DNA of 61,879 nt, the filler included, from Hausera hauseri (taxonomy: Eukaryota), in assembly GCA_046269625.1 (NCBI GenBank). It is 12 parts of 12 records of this genome, joined end to end, with 100 filler letters (N's around TTAATTAATTAA, not from the genome) between each part and the next. Parts side by side here need not be neighbours in the genome. Positions count along the whole stretch, not along the records: positions 20,701 to 25,146 come from JBJURY010577894.1; positions 25,247 to 30,683 come from JBJURY010255737.1; positions 30,784 to 35,294 come from JBJURY010547341.1; positions 35,395 to 39,589 come from JBJURY010708103.1; 8 more parts are not named here. One strand, given 5' to 3'. The notes under the pieces are model-generated. The model saw only the letters and a list, made by a program, of their open reading frames with translations. It was not told the origin of the DNA and did not search any database. Both the position numbers and the translations under genes were made by a program. Positions 24,611 to 38,400 of the stretch are shown piece by piece; position 1 is the first letter of the stretch; every line of letters starts with the position of its first letter.

Positions 24611-25645
24611 AGATTGACTAGCAGTAGCTGGTCGATAAAATTTTCTTACATCTATCTTGAAAGAAACATAAACAACACAAGTTATAAACAAATAATGAGT
24701 GCAATCTAGTAAAATAAAAGTATCATTATTATAAAGATATATTGGATCGGCTGTTGGTATGAATTTTCTACAGTGTTTCCTATACCAACTATTTAGTCTC
24801 AAACGTATTTGAAATAAAACTATATAGGAGAACCGAAAACTGCATGCTAANNNNNNNNNNGCTAAAATTATTTGTCCCATATGTTGAAGTCAATACATAC
24901 CTAAAAACGGCAATTCATGACCAGAAGTGCAATACAAACAATTATAACACCGCAAATTACAAAATATAACATTTCTTCTGCGTAAAAATATTTTATTTGA
25001 TGGGTAAGACGAGTAACTCATCTGAAAACGAACCACAGATCCGGCAGTAAAATGAAAATCATGCAGTGTGTAAACCAGTTCCGCAAGGAAATAGAATTAA
25101 AAGAAATTTCAACACTATTCTTGGTTCTTCTACTTTTTATATACAANNNNNNNNNNNNNNNNNNNNNNNNNNNNNNNNNNNNNNNNNNNNTTAATTAATT
25201 AANNNNNNNNNNNNNNNNNNNNNNNNNNNNNNNNNNNNNNNNNNNNTTCGATTCAATAATACTTGAACGCAAGGTAAATATTGCAACGTATTTTTCAATG
25301 TATTAAATAATATTTAAGCATAGTTTCACAAATAAGTTCAGAGATCGGATATTGTTTAAATTTGTTATTTCAATTTTAAATTGAACGCACTTTTTTAAAT
25401 TCATTTTAGAACAGTATGAAAACATAACCGCCTATGTATTAGTTTCCATGTAGGTTAGAAGGTTCTTTCTCATTTTCCCACCCCATGGAGCACTGAAAAT
25501 TTTCAGCTAGTTAAGTTAAATGTCGTATTTAGATATATAACTAAAAGAAATTTATTTGCTAATGGGTAATTTTAACAAAAAATAAAAAGCTTTAGACATC
25601 TGTTGAACAGTATATTTACAAAAAATATACAAAAACTGAGTGAAA

Positions 25646-28600
25646 TCACCTCATTAGTTTCTCCAGAAACATTTCCACATTGTACTCTTTTTCATATTCT
25701 TCAACAGAATCATAAGCATTCTCCAAATTAGACAGCACAGCCTTCAATCCAGTTTTTGGTATCTTTGGTTTAGTTTGACTCTGTACAGAATCTCTGTTCA
25801 TGGAATCGAGAAGATTATCCGACTGCATGGAAGCCAACTGCTGATTATCCGTACTGACGACAGAATTCGCGATGTGCAACTTAAACTGCTGTAAATTCAT
25901 TATCTTCTCCTCAATGGAGTCAGCAGTGATCAATCGATAAACATTCACTGTTCTCCTCTGACCGAGTCTATGTGCACGATCCATCGCCTGCAGATCTCTC
26001 ATTGGATTCCAGTCATGTTCTACAAAAATGACTGTATCCGCTGACGACAAATTCAATCCCAGACCACCGATACTGATCGTCAATAACAAAATATCCACTG
26101 ATGGATCCTCATTAAATCTATTCGACACAAAATCAATTGTCATAATAACACGCAATACTTGTCGACAATTAACTGTCGTTCCTTCACCGATATTGATCCG
26201 TCCAGTCTCAAATAAGACGCCTTTGGAATATGGGACTTTAACATTCGTTCCACCAATGAAATCATTGATTTTGATTGGCAGAAAATGAGCACACGGTGAT
26301 TGGATACAACAGCAGCAGAACATATGATATCGGGTGACGGTGATGACGTCACATAATCATCGATACCGATGCCGCAGTCGAATATTAATTGTCTAAATGA
26401 ACATGAGAGGAATGTTAAAAGAATCAGATACATGGTAATTGTCACCTTAGTGCAACTAATTTCCCCGACAATTCTACATCGTCAATTGACTGGTGACAAT
26501 CGATCAATTCCTTCATGATGGACTCGTTCATTGGATGTTTATTACACAATACCAATGATGGATGATTACACACCAATCGTAAATAATGCAGTGCCTGAAA
26601 TACGTGTTTCCTCTCGTCGGTATTTATTATGACAGATTCGTCATCAATCAAATGTGAAATGTCATTTCCGGCAGTCGATTGAACGAAACACGAGTACAAT
26701 CGGGATTGGATGGGTGTCATTGTGCACATGTAGTCCTGTATGATTTTCGGTGGTAATTCATTCAAAACATCCTCCTTAACACGCCGCAGTAAAAATGGCA
26801 ACACCTGTCTATGAAGAGAATCTAATGCAACAGTCCCTTGTTCACTGTCGACTTTCTTCCCGCTACTCGAACTATTTTGTCCGAGATATTTGCCGTATTT
26901 CCGATGGAACTCCGAATGATTTCCCAGTAAACCCGGCATAAGGAAATCGAATAATGACCATAATTCGGCAACTCGATTCTGAATCGGTGTTCCTGTCAAC
27001 ACAAGCCGATGTCGAGCGAACACAGATTTGGCGGCCAAGGCAACTTTACTTTTGTGATTTCGAATAAGGTGGCCTTCGTCAAGAACTACATAATTCCACA
27101 ATCCTGTTTTGCCATCTGGACGACATAGATGATCGACATCATTTCTGAGAATTTCGTACGACGTTATCACAATCTGGTATTTGGTGAATGACGGTACCAA
27201 CGACTGCCTGTACTCCGTTGTCCCATTATAAACAATACACGTAAATGACGGAAAACACACATGCATCTTAATTTCCTTTTCCCAATGAGACGTTAACGTT
27301 GTCGGACAAATGATTAGCGATGGCGGACATCTCGTCGGATCCCTCTGATACTGCCCCACGATAATGGAAATTGTCTGTAATGTTTTCCCTAAACCCATAT
27401 CATCAGCAAGAATTCCGTGGAGTCCATATCGACTAAGAAACGACAACCAATTAACACCCTGCTGTTGATAATACCGCAGCGATGTGGAAATGCAACCACC
27501 GACACAATATTCCGCTACAGAATCTGGTCGCAACAGACCTTGAATAAATTCCCGATTCTCCTTCCGTTCGGCAATTCGTCTATCCGTCAATATGCTGACA
27601 TCGGCACCAGATTGTTCCAGTGGCATCAGATTCAGAAGTTGTGAGAAAATCAGAGTGGCCACTTTACGAACTCGATCAATAGGTGCATTCAAGGCACGTA
27701 ACACCGATGGCAAAGTATAGATAACAAGAGCTAGTCTGTACCCGAGTAATCCCCGCTGAAAGACCAAATAAAGCATTTCGATAATTCCCAAGCAAAAAGT
27801 CTCGTTAGAATAGTTATCGAGTTCTGGCAACGCCAAACCCAGTAAAATGGAATCGACAAGTTCACGACTAATGTCAACATTCTCAGATGTCAAAGGAATG
27901 AGCAGAGAAGTCATAATTCGAGCACTCCAATGTCGGACAATATTATTCTTCTGTGACAAACCATGTTCAAAAACGCACAGTGCAAAACGATTGAAATCAA
28001 TATCACACAATTTCGATAAACTTATCAAATACGGAATACACACATCCATCGACTGCAGTCCGCCTAACAGATCCGGGATTTCTTTCTCACTCAATCGTTT
28101 CAATATTTTCACAGGATTATTGTAAATGGCATCGATAAATAACGATAAATAATCCTTACAATCAGGCAGCGTCAATTGGCCAATTCGTAAACACACTTTC
28201 TCCAGAACGAGTCGACAACCTCGATATTTTATAAACGACGGTGAATCGAAATTCAATTCATCCGGGACGAATTCTTGACCGGGAAATGTTTCTCGACCGA
28301 ATTGATCAATTTTGTGCAGAATGACAACACAATCTGGATCTGTTATGCCGCCCAATGAATCAATAGAATCCGACAAGGAACCGATAACGTTACGCAGTAA
28401 CTTCCCGATAGATGTCATAAGATTCGGTGGTGTCTTGTTAATGAGCAATTGGGAAAGAGCCATGGCCGATTCAGTCTGCAAAGTCAAACGTGGATCACAC
28501 CGGACGACATCCATTAACGGACGAATGAGTGGAGTCAATTTATCCGGCAACCAATGCCACGTCAGAAGACCTCGACCCAACGCCACTTCAACCATTCTCA

Positions 28601-29462
28601 AAAGATTCTGATGGTATTGTGAACACAAATCAACAGCAGTTCGGGCACATGAAAAACACGGATCTGCAGCGGCATCGATTGACATTAACTTAGAATACAT
28701 CTCATTGGTGACAAGTGACTGACATTGCGGTAAATTCGGATTGACGACCGATGATGGAATGGACACGGGGATTTTTCTTTCGCTGTAGACTTTAATGAGA
28801 TCTTTACAGGACTTTATCATTTGGCGGAACATGGGCAACAATTCCTGATAGTAAATGGGTTCAGACAACGACGTCAACAACTGTTGTCGTACAGAACATA
28901 AGATCCGTTCGTTTTCCATTGTCCAATCAGCATCGGCCGACCAGTACGCCAGAATAGTTGCGGCAACAAATCGCTGTGTAGCCAATCGTTCACGGAGATG
29001 CGTTTGGGAAATAATCGTACCAAGGATATGATCAGCCAACGGAGGAATGAATGACAATTTCCGACAAAGATGAGCCAATGCCTTACAGGCTGTGATACGG
29101 GCTCTGAGAACAGACTCATCTCGTAACACGGAATCACCTTCAGACATGTATGATTCTCTACCGCCAATGTATAGATCTTGTGGCATGTGATATTTATTGT
29201 CTGCCATATCATTGTCTGTGTCCGGCATAATGAGCAGGTCCTGAGAGAAACTCAATCGAGCAGGCTGCATGGCACAACACATCATAATATCAAGTCTCTC
29301 AATACAACTCTGTGTCAATAATTCACAACTAATTTTGTCAATAAACATTATGTTTGTTTTTCTCATGTCGTAGTAATTACAAGTCAAAATGTAATTATGA
29401 ACATTATATTTTTGACAGTTTATTGTTATCTCGTTCCATAATGTCATTACTGCATTAATCAA
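25646..29462 (-). CDS. BTAF1: BTAF1/Mot1 SNF2-family ATPase, 5' part incomplete; exons about 29328-26446, 26392-26159, 26117-25646
   Basis: LRYYQQQGVNWL, GILADDMGLGKTLQ, VLDEGH, LTGTPIQN, LPPKIIQD, HRVLIFCQ, GGLGLNL, HDWNPMRDLQAMDRAHRLGQ; GT-AG introns at 26393-26445 (53 nt) and 26118-26158 (41 nt) restore the frame. Confidence 0.93.
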
Positions 29463-30783
29463 CTTAACGAACTAAAATGAAACATGTGAATTAACCAAAT
29501 TAATCACAACAATTGCAGTGTATTGTAATTCAGCTTACTGAGATGAAAATTACAATCAACCAGTTTTTTGTTAGATAATTCTAGATATGCGGTAAAGTGC
29601 ATTACAGGTCACAGAGTGCGTGAGTATCAACATTCTGTTTACTTCATTATTTTGTATTCATTTGCAATGGCAAAGTTAATTAAAATGTTCATACAAATGG
29701 GAAATAATGCACTAGAGCTTTCTCTGCCATTTTTGTGTAGGAATTCCACATCAAGATTGGAATTTCTGTGACTGATTTCTTATCCAACATGTTTCTTGCT
29801 CCCTAATTATTCATCGGTGCACAAATTCATCGTGGCGAGTGTCAGGAACTTTATCAACTAACGATCTGAGTTGATTTAACACATGATTAAGTTCTCATTT
29901 CCTATACGAAAAATATCAGCTAAATTCATTTTCAGAGACAAACGATCTCATGACATCGGATGACCGGTGTGTCACCTGATGATGGTGAATAATACAATCA
30001 AAAGCTGCAATTTGTGTTTATTTATTTATGTTTGCAAAATTCTGTAAGCACAAGTTTATCATCGACAGTAACAAGAACTAATACAGTTTCTTAAAACTCT
30101 GTGATTTTTTTTTTTATTTGGACCTTTCTTTTCCAATCTTCCAACCGGCCCGTGACAGTTTTCAAAGAATCAAAGTTATGATCATTGTATGATCTCCTTA
30201 ACGTTACCCTCTCCTTAGCATTCCTGACAAAAGCTCACATTATGACCAAAAACCAGACCAGACCAGGAACAACTCACCCCAAGTAAACGGGAAGAGTTAC
30301 ACATGTGCACACACAAACTGATCTGTATGTTATACAAAACACAAAACGGATTTGTGAATGCTTTGATGTCGTTGACATTTGAAAGCTAAAGGAAATAAGA
30401 CAACGAATTTAACAACAAATGCTAACGTTGATGTATAATTTAACAAAAAATATGTAGATAACAGACGTTACTTTCTGGCTGAAATGGCTCAAAGAAGGGT
30501 GAAAAATGTAAATGAAAAGTTACCAATAGACTTGCATGTTTAAAAAGATCATTAAAATGGTACCTCGTTTCACGAACTTAATCCGTTTTGAAAAGTTGTT
30601 CGTGAGCCAAATTGTCCCTGGAACATATCAACTCTTCCCATAAGAAATAATGTAAATTCCACATAATGTCTTCTTGACCCCCCNNNNNNNNNNNNNNNNN
30701 NNNNNNNNNNNNNNNNNNNNNNNNNNNTTAATTAATTAANNNNNNNNNNNNNNNNNNNNNNNNNNNNNNNNNNNNNNNNNNNN

Positions 30784-33700
30784 ATGGCGTGGTCTTCCAT
30801 GATATGGTCTTTCATGGTGTTGACTTCCATAGTGTGGTCTTTCATGGTGTGGACTTCCATGGTGTGGCCTTTCATTGTGTAAACTTCCATACTACGGTCT
30901 TTCATGGTGGGGACATCCATGAAATGGTCCTTCATGGTGTGGACTTCCATCGTGTGGCCTTTTATGGTGTGGAATTCCATACTATGTTCTTTCATGGTGG
31001 GGCCTTCCATAATGTGGTCTTTCATGGCGTTGACTTCCATAATATGGCCTTTCATGGTGTGGACATCGATACTATGGTCTTTCATAGTGTGGACTTCCAT
31101 GGTGTGGGCTGTCATGGTGTAGACTTCCATACCATGTTCTTTCTTGGTGGGGACTTCCAGATGTGATATTTTTAGGTGGAACTTTCAATGATGTGGTCTA
31201 TCATGGTGTGGACTTTCATGGTGTGGCCTTTCATTGTGTGGACTTCCATACTATGTTCTTTCATGGTGGTGACATCAATGATGTGGTCTTTCACGGTGGG
31301 GACTCCCATGATGTGGTCTTTCATGGCGTGGTCTTCCATAATATGGTCTTTCATGGTGTTGACATCCATAGAATGGTCTTTCATGGTGTGGTCTTCCATA
31401 CTATGGTCTTTCATAGTGTGGACTTCCATGGTGTGGGCTGTCATGGTCTAGACTTCCATACCATGTTCTTTCTTGGTGGGGACTTCCAGATGTGATATTT
31501 TTAGGTGGAACTTTCAATGATGTGGTCTATCATGGTGGGGACTTTCATGGTGTGGCCTTTCATTGTGTGGACTTCCATACTATGGTCTTTCATGGTGGGG
31601 ACTTCCATGATGTGGTCTTTCATGGTGTGGTCTTCCATACACTTAACTTTTATGGTGAGGACTTCCATGATGTGGTCTTTTATGGTGTGGACTTCAATGG
31701 CGTGGCCTTTCATAATGTGGATTTCCATACTATGTTCTTTCATTGTGGGCATTTCCAGATGTGGTATTTCTAGGTGGGGCTTTCCATGATGTGGTTTTTC
31801 AAGGTGTGGACTTCCATGGTGTGGTCTTTCATGGTGTCGACTTCCATACTATGATCTTTCATAGTGTGGACTTCCATGGTGTGGGCTTTCATGGTGTGGA
31901 CTTCCATAATATGGTCTTTCATGGTGGGGACTTCCATGATGTGGTCCTTCATGGTGTGGACTTCAATGGCGTGGCCTTTAATGGTGTGAACTTCCATACT
32001 ATGTTCTTTCATGGTGGGGATTTCCAGATGTGGTATTTCTAGGTGGGGCTTTCATGATGTGGTCTTTCAATGTGTGGACTTCCATGGTGTGGCCTTTCAT
32101 GGTGTGGACTTCCATACTATGGTTTTTCATGGTGGGGACTTCCGTGATGTGGTATTTTATGGTGTTGTCTTCCATACTATTATCTTTCATGGTGGGGACT
32201 TCCATGATATGGTCTTTCATGGCGGGGTCTTCCATAATATGGTCTTTCATCGCATAGACATCCATAGAATGGTCTTTCATAGTGTAGACTTCCATACCAT
32301 GTTCCCTCTTGGTGGGGACTTCCACATGTGATATTTTAAGGTGGGGCTTTCCATGATGTGGTATATCATGGTTTGGACTTCCATGGTGTGGCCGTTCATT
32401 GTGTGGACTTCCGTAGTATGGTCTTTCATGGTGGGGACATACATGAATTGGTCTTTTATGGTGTGGACTTCCATGGTGTGGCCTTTCATGGTGTGGTCTT
32501 CCATACTATGGTCTTTCATAGTGTGGACTTCCATGGTGTAAGCTTTCATGGTGTAGACTTCCATACCATGTTCTCTCTTGGTGGGGACTTCCAGATGTGA
32601 TATTTTTAGGTGGGACTTTCCATGATGTGGTCTATTATGGTGTGGACTTTCATGGTGTGGCCTTTCATTGTGTGTACTTCCATACTATGTTCTTTCATGG
32701 TGGTGACATCAATGATGTGGTCTTTCACGGTGGGGATTCCCATGATGTGGTCTTTCATGCTGTGGACTTCCATATTATGGTCTTCATGGTGAATACTTCC
32801 ATGATGTGGTCTTTCAGGGTGGGTACTTCCATGATGTGGTCTTTCAGTATGTGGTCTTCCATACTATTATCTTTCATGGTGGGGACTTTTATGATGTCGT
32901 CTTTCATGGTGTGAACTTCAATGTAGTGGCCTTTAATGGTGTGGACTTCCATACTATGTTCTTTCATGGTGGGAATTTCCCGATGTGGCATTTCTAGGTG
33001 GGGCTTTCCATGATGTGGTCTTTCAAGGTGTGGACTTCCATGGTGTGGCCTTTTATGGTGTGGACTTCCATACTATGGTCTTTCATGGTGGGGACTTCCA
33101 TGATGTGGTCTTTCAAGGTGTGCACTTTTATGGTGTGGCCTTTCATGGTGTAGACTTCCAAACTATGGTCTATCATAGTGGGGATATTCATGAAATGGTC
33201 TTTTATGGTGTGGACTTTTATGGTGTGGACTTCTATACTGTGGTTTTCAATGGTGTGGACTTCCATGGTGTTGCCTTTCATGGTGTGGACTTCTATACTG
33301 TGGTCTTCCATGGTGGGGACTTCCATGGTGTGGCCTTTGATGGTGTGGACTTCTATATTGTGGTCCTTCATAATGTGGAATTCCATGGTGTGGCCTTTCA
33401 TTGTGTGGACTTCTATACTGGGATTTTTCATGGTGTGGACTTCCGTGCTGTGGCGTTTTATGGTGTGGACTTCTACACTGTGGCTTTTCATGGTGTGGAC
33501 TTTTATACTGTGGTCTTTCACGGTGGGGACTTCCATGATGTAGCCTTTCATTGTGTGTACTTCTATACTGTGTCTTTCATGGTGTGGACTGCCATGGTGT
33601 GGCCTTTCATGGCGTGGATTTCCATGGTGTGGCCTTTCATTGTATGGACTTCTATACTGTGGTCTTTCATGGTGTGGACTTCCATGGTGTGGCCTTTCAT

Positions 33701-35294
33701 GGTGTGGACTTCTATAATGTGACCTTTCATGGTGCAAACTTCCATACTATGGTCTTTCATGGTGGGAATTTCCATTATGTGGTCTTTCATAACGTGGTCT
33801 TCCATGATATGGTCTTTCAGGGTGGGTACTTCCATGATGTGGTCTTTCATGGTGTGGACGTCCATAATGTAGTCTTTCATGGTGCGGACTTCCATGATAT
33901 GGTTTTTCATTGTGTGGACTTCCATGGTGTGGCCTTTAATGGTGTGGACTTCCATACTATGTTTTTTAATGGTGGGGACTTCCAGATGTGGTTATTCTAA
34001 GTGGGGCTTTCCATGATGTGGTCTTTCATGGTGTGGACTTCCATGGTGTGGCCTTTCATGGTGTGGACTTCCATAATACGGTCTTTTATGGTTGGGACTT
34101 CCATGATGTGGTCTTACATGGCGTGGTATTCCATGATATGGTCTTTCATCGTGTTGACTTATATAGTGTGGTCTTTCATGGTGTGGACATCCATATTATG
34201 GTCTTTCATGGTGGGTCATCAATGATGTGGTCTTTCATGGTTTGGACTTCCATGGTGTGGCCTTTCATGGTGTGGACTTCCATCCTATGTTCTTTCATGG
34301 TGGGGACTTCCATGATGTGGTCTTTTGTGGCGTGGTCTTCCATGATATGGTCTTTCATGGTGTTGACTTCCATAGAGTGATCTTTTATGTAGTGGACTTC
34401 CATACTATGGTTTTTCATGTTGGGTCATCAATGATGCAATCTTTAATCGTGTGGACTTCCATGGTGTGGCCTTTCATTGTGCCGACTTCCATACTATGGT
34501 CTTTCATGGTGGAGACATCCATGAAATGGTCTTTCATGGTGTGGACTTCCATGGTGTGGCCTTTCATGGTGTGGACTTTAATACTATGTTCTTTCGTGGT
34601 GGGGCCTTCCATAATGTGGTCTTTCATGGCGTGGTCTTGCATGGTATGGTTTTTCATGGTGTTGACATCCATAAAACGGTCTTTCATGGTGTGGACTTCC
34701 ATGATGTGGCCTTTCATGGTGTGGACTTCCATACTGTGGTCTTTCATGGTGTGGTTTTCCATGGTGTGGCCTTTCATGGTGTGGACTTCTATACTGTGGC
34801 CTTTCATGGTGTGGATTTCAATACTATGGTCTTTCATAATGGGGACTTCCATCATGTTGTCTTTCATGGCGTGGTCTTCCATGATATGGTCTTTTATGGT
34901 GTTCATTTCCATAGTGTGGTCTTTCATGGTGTGGACTTCCATACTAAGGTCTTTCATGGTGGGTCATCAATGATGTGGTCTTTCATAGTGTGGACTTCCA
35001 TGGTGTGGCCTTTCATAGTGTCGACTTCCATACTATGTTCTTTCATGGTGGGGACATCCATGAATTAGTCTTTCATGGTGTGGACTTTCATGGTGTGGCC
35101 TTTAATGGTGTGGACTTCCATACTATGTTCTTTCATGGGGATGTCATCAACGATGTGGCCTTTTGTAGTGGGGACTACCATGATGTAGTCTTTCATGGTG
35201 TTGATTTCCATAGTGTGGTCTTTCATGGTGTGGACTTCCACACTATGGTCTTTCATGGTGGGTCATCAATGATGTGGTCTTTCATGGTGTGGAC
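30784..35294. repeat. Tandem minisatellite with a 30-bp unit (about GGTCTTTCATGGTGT GGACTTCCATGATGT) made of two related 15-mers; fills the whole contig
   Basis: About 150 directly visible degenerate copies; responsible for the many repetitive ORFs on both strands. Confidence 0.97.
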
Positions 35295-35499
35295 NNNNNN
35301 NNNNNNNNNNNNNNNNNNNNNNNNNNNNNNNNNNNNNNTTAATTAATTAANNNNNNNNNNNNNNNNNNNNNNNNNNNNNNNNNNNNNNNNNNNNAGTAGT
35401 TACTTAGTTTACTTGGCCTTATCCTATATCCCACATAACTTGATCAAGAAGACAACATGATATTTCTATACAACATTTGTTAAACAAAGAATAACAATA

Positions 35500-38400
35500 T
35501 TTACAATGCCATATGTCTGTGAATTATTGTGTGGATTCCATCGCTCAGGATCTGCCTCTTGTAGTCCGTATAATCTAGGCTTTTCTTATGTAGAGTTACT
35601 GTTTAGATGTTATGATCCCTAGATTGGATTTTTAGCATTTCCGATATGATGTAAGTCTGCTCCTGCAGAACTGGCAAATGGTTTTGAAAACTGATCTTCT
35701 TAGCCAATGAAGCCCTTTAAACCACTTTTGCTTAATTCTTTATTTGGCCACATACGTCTATGGCATACATTTTAGATCTGAGATCCACAAATCGCAAGAT
35801 TATTGTTCCATTCACCTCGTCTTTTAATTTTTCTAGGACATTCTTATTGGCAATTCAATAGTTGGAATAATCCTTCGGATAGTCCGAGGTATTAATGGGT
35901 TAAGCCAACTGGACAAAGTCCTCATAAATGTCCTCTGTATGGATTTGATAGATGAAACTATCAGTATCCATATACATCATCTGCATGGACTTGAATTTGG
36001 GGCCCATGATGTCGTAATGGAAATGATACATTAAGGTCTTTGACAGATCGAGGATTGTCATACCCACATATATTGGCTTTTCGAATATCATTGCTGTTTT
36101 CAGAATATGGATGTCTACCAAGTTCTCAGTACATATAGTTCTGCTATGAAAGTTGGGCTTAGCAATAAGCTTCTTTGCCCGCGTCCAGTCATATACTAGC
36201 TCAATATTGATCCTATTGCGGATATTTCCCATGGTCTTTCCAAAACGCTGTTGTTATATAGTTTGAATTGACCTTTCTCAAAGTCGTTTTTGGCACTAGT
36301 CCACAGCTTCTTACTGAGATCTAAGTATGACTGCAGCCACATGAGCTGGTTGAACTGCATGGCTCTATGGATCTTGGTAATATGAAGTCCGTATCTAAGT
36401 GCCTTCTGGGGATTGATGAGGTGAACTACACACCTCTCCTTATTACCCAGATGACAGAGCAGCTTTCTCTGCTTTCCATGGGGAGGAGGCCTGCTCTCAG
36501 AGAGGAAAGGCAACTGTTGATGCCTAGCGTGGATTGAATCCGGATATTCCATATCTACCTCCAGTATGTAGCCCGTATCTCCACTGAGATCTAGTTCCAA
36601 TATAGAGAGGTTTTCAGGATTCTCGACTCATTTGAAGTTATCATATGGCAATGGGGCACTCATTGGCCATCCACAGAAGTTGTTGGAATGCAGGTATGAT
36701 ATATATGAGTATTCCTTTGTTGAGTCGTATTGGGCCACTTACTTATTATTTTGCCTCAATATACCGATGAATGGCCTGGCATATTCCGTCTCTAATGCCT
36801 CTGTCAATCATAAAGATCATATTATAATTCTTAATAATCTGCAGTCTGATACCAGTATAGCGCAGTATTACTGCCTAACTCATCCCTGGCGCCGTAAAGA
36901 AATGAGCCGGATTTAATGCATGACTCTTCATTGTAACATCCCTGAAATTATCAAAGACATCTGTCAGCAGCAGCACGTCCGTCGTGAGGTATATGCCGCT
37001 GTATTCCCCTAATTTTCGGCATTGAAATGCATGCCAAAGGTTCTAGGCATGCTGGTAGTCAGCATCACTAATATAGCAATCAGATAGGATATTGTAAAGT
37101 CCTTTTTGTCCGACAATTAAGTCTCATCCAGTGTTTCCCATGAAGTTATGTAGTCATAGGGAAACACGCCTTTCCTCTTGACTAGGTCAAAGTTAGTGGA
37201 AAAGAACCGCTTCGTCTCCTTGATTTCTTCTGCAGGGAGGTTCTTTACTAAACTGTCAAGTGAAGACGACATGAAATGAAAGCTGTCTATAAAGCGAAGT
37301 CGGATTTTGCCAACATGCTTAGTGAAAGTGATATATTTCGCCTCACTGTTGGGGATCATTATCAATGTTGCATAATCCTCTGACTATGAAATGGAAATCA
37401 TAGGCACTGAGATTATGGAACACTATTGGTACATATGTGCATGTTTTGCAGCGAAGATTGCAGTTGTTGCATGCTGCCCTCACTGATCCTTAACTTTCCA
37501 ATTTTCCTTGATGAAGGACTTGTAGCACAAGTAACATGATGTTGCCTTGCGCCATTCTTCTTCTTGTTTCCACGACATGCTCTTATTATCCTTATGCTGC
37601 TGGAGCATGTTTTCAAGCTTATGAGCCATGTCTTCAAGTCTCTTCATGAAATGTGCTGCGGCACCTGGATACCTGAATAGAAATGGATCACTGTCCAGTC
37701 CTTTGACATACATGCAATATGATGAAAGTTCATGGTATTGGTATGCCGTTGTGCTTCTCTGTTGAGGACTGGTAGTGCAGCTGTGAACTGGACGCAGAAT
37801 AGCCTCAAAGTCGCAATAGGTAACAATTGGGACCTTGATCTTCTTCTCGAACGCCTTGAATTCAATGTAGTTCTCCTTGGGAAATTCTGGCCTTGCACAG
37901 TAATTGTTGTTGCAATACATCTTGTGCCTTACGAGCTTGTCCACTGCTGAAATGAGATAGGCATCGCTTACATATCTCAATTTTCCCATGATTATTCGTA
38001 ATTTGGGATCTTACTAGACGTTCAAAATTCCTCATACAAACATAATGTTTCTTTTCTTCATCGCCTAGTAGGCGCAGATCCCTATGATCTTCCAATTTAG
38101 CATTACATATATGTGGAGGATATAATTTATCATCCTCATNNNNNNNNNNTCCAAAGATATTGGTTGATATGTTGTTGATTCGACTGAACTTCTTAATTTC
38201 ATCTAAGGATGAAGGGAATTTGATACATTGGAAGTCACAGTTGTGCTGCACATCCTTATATTGTCAAACTCTTGAAGCATTTTGTTGATCCAGTACGAGT
38301 TTTTATAGAATGGCATACATGAAACACATGTTGTCATTATTATGGACATTTACGCATGCTTTTTTATTAGCGATCAAATCAGAGACTTGAATATATGAAC

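Noticed and set aside
27417-29212. Antisense and alternate-frame ORFs over BTAF1, and similar ones over the polymerase, Mag pol and hAT-derived gene
   Set aside because: Shadows of real coding sequence with no motifs of their own.
30784-35294. CRISPR array, or dozens of real small genes
   Set aside because: Units are contiguous and degenerate with no unique spacers and no cas genes; the ORFs arise from a stop-poor repeat unit.
35395-35420. AGTAGT at the contig start as a Polinton terminus
   Set aside because: Only a 6-nt match at a contig edge with no partner inverted repeat.
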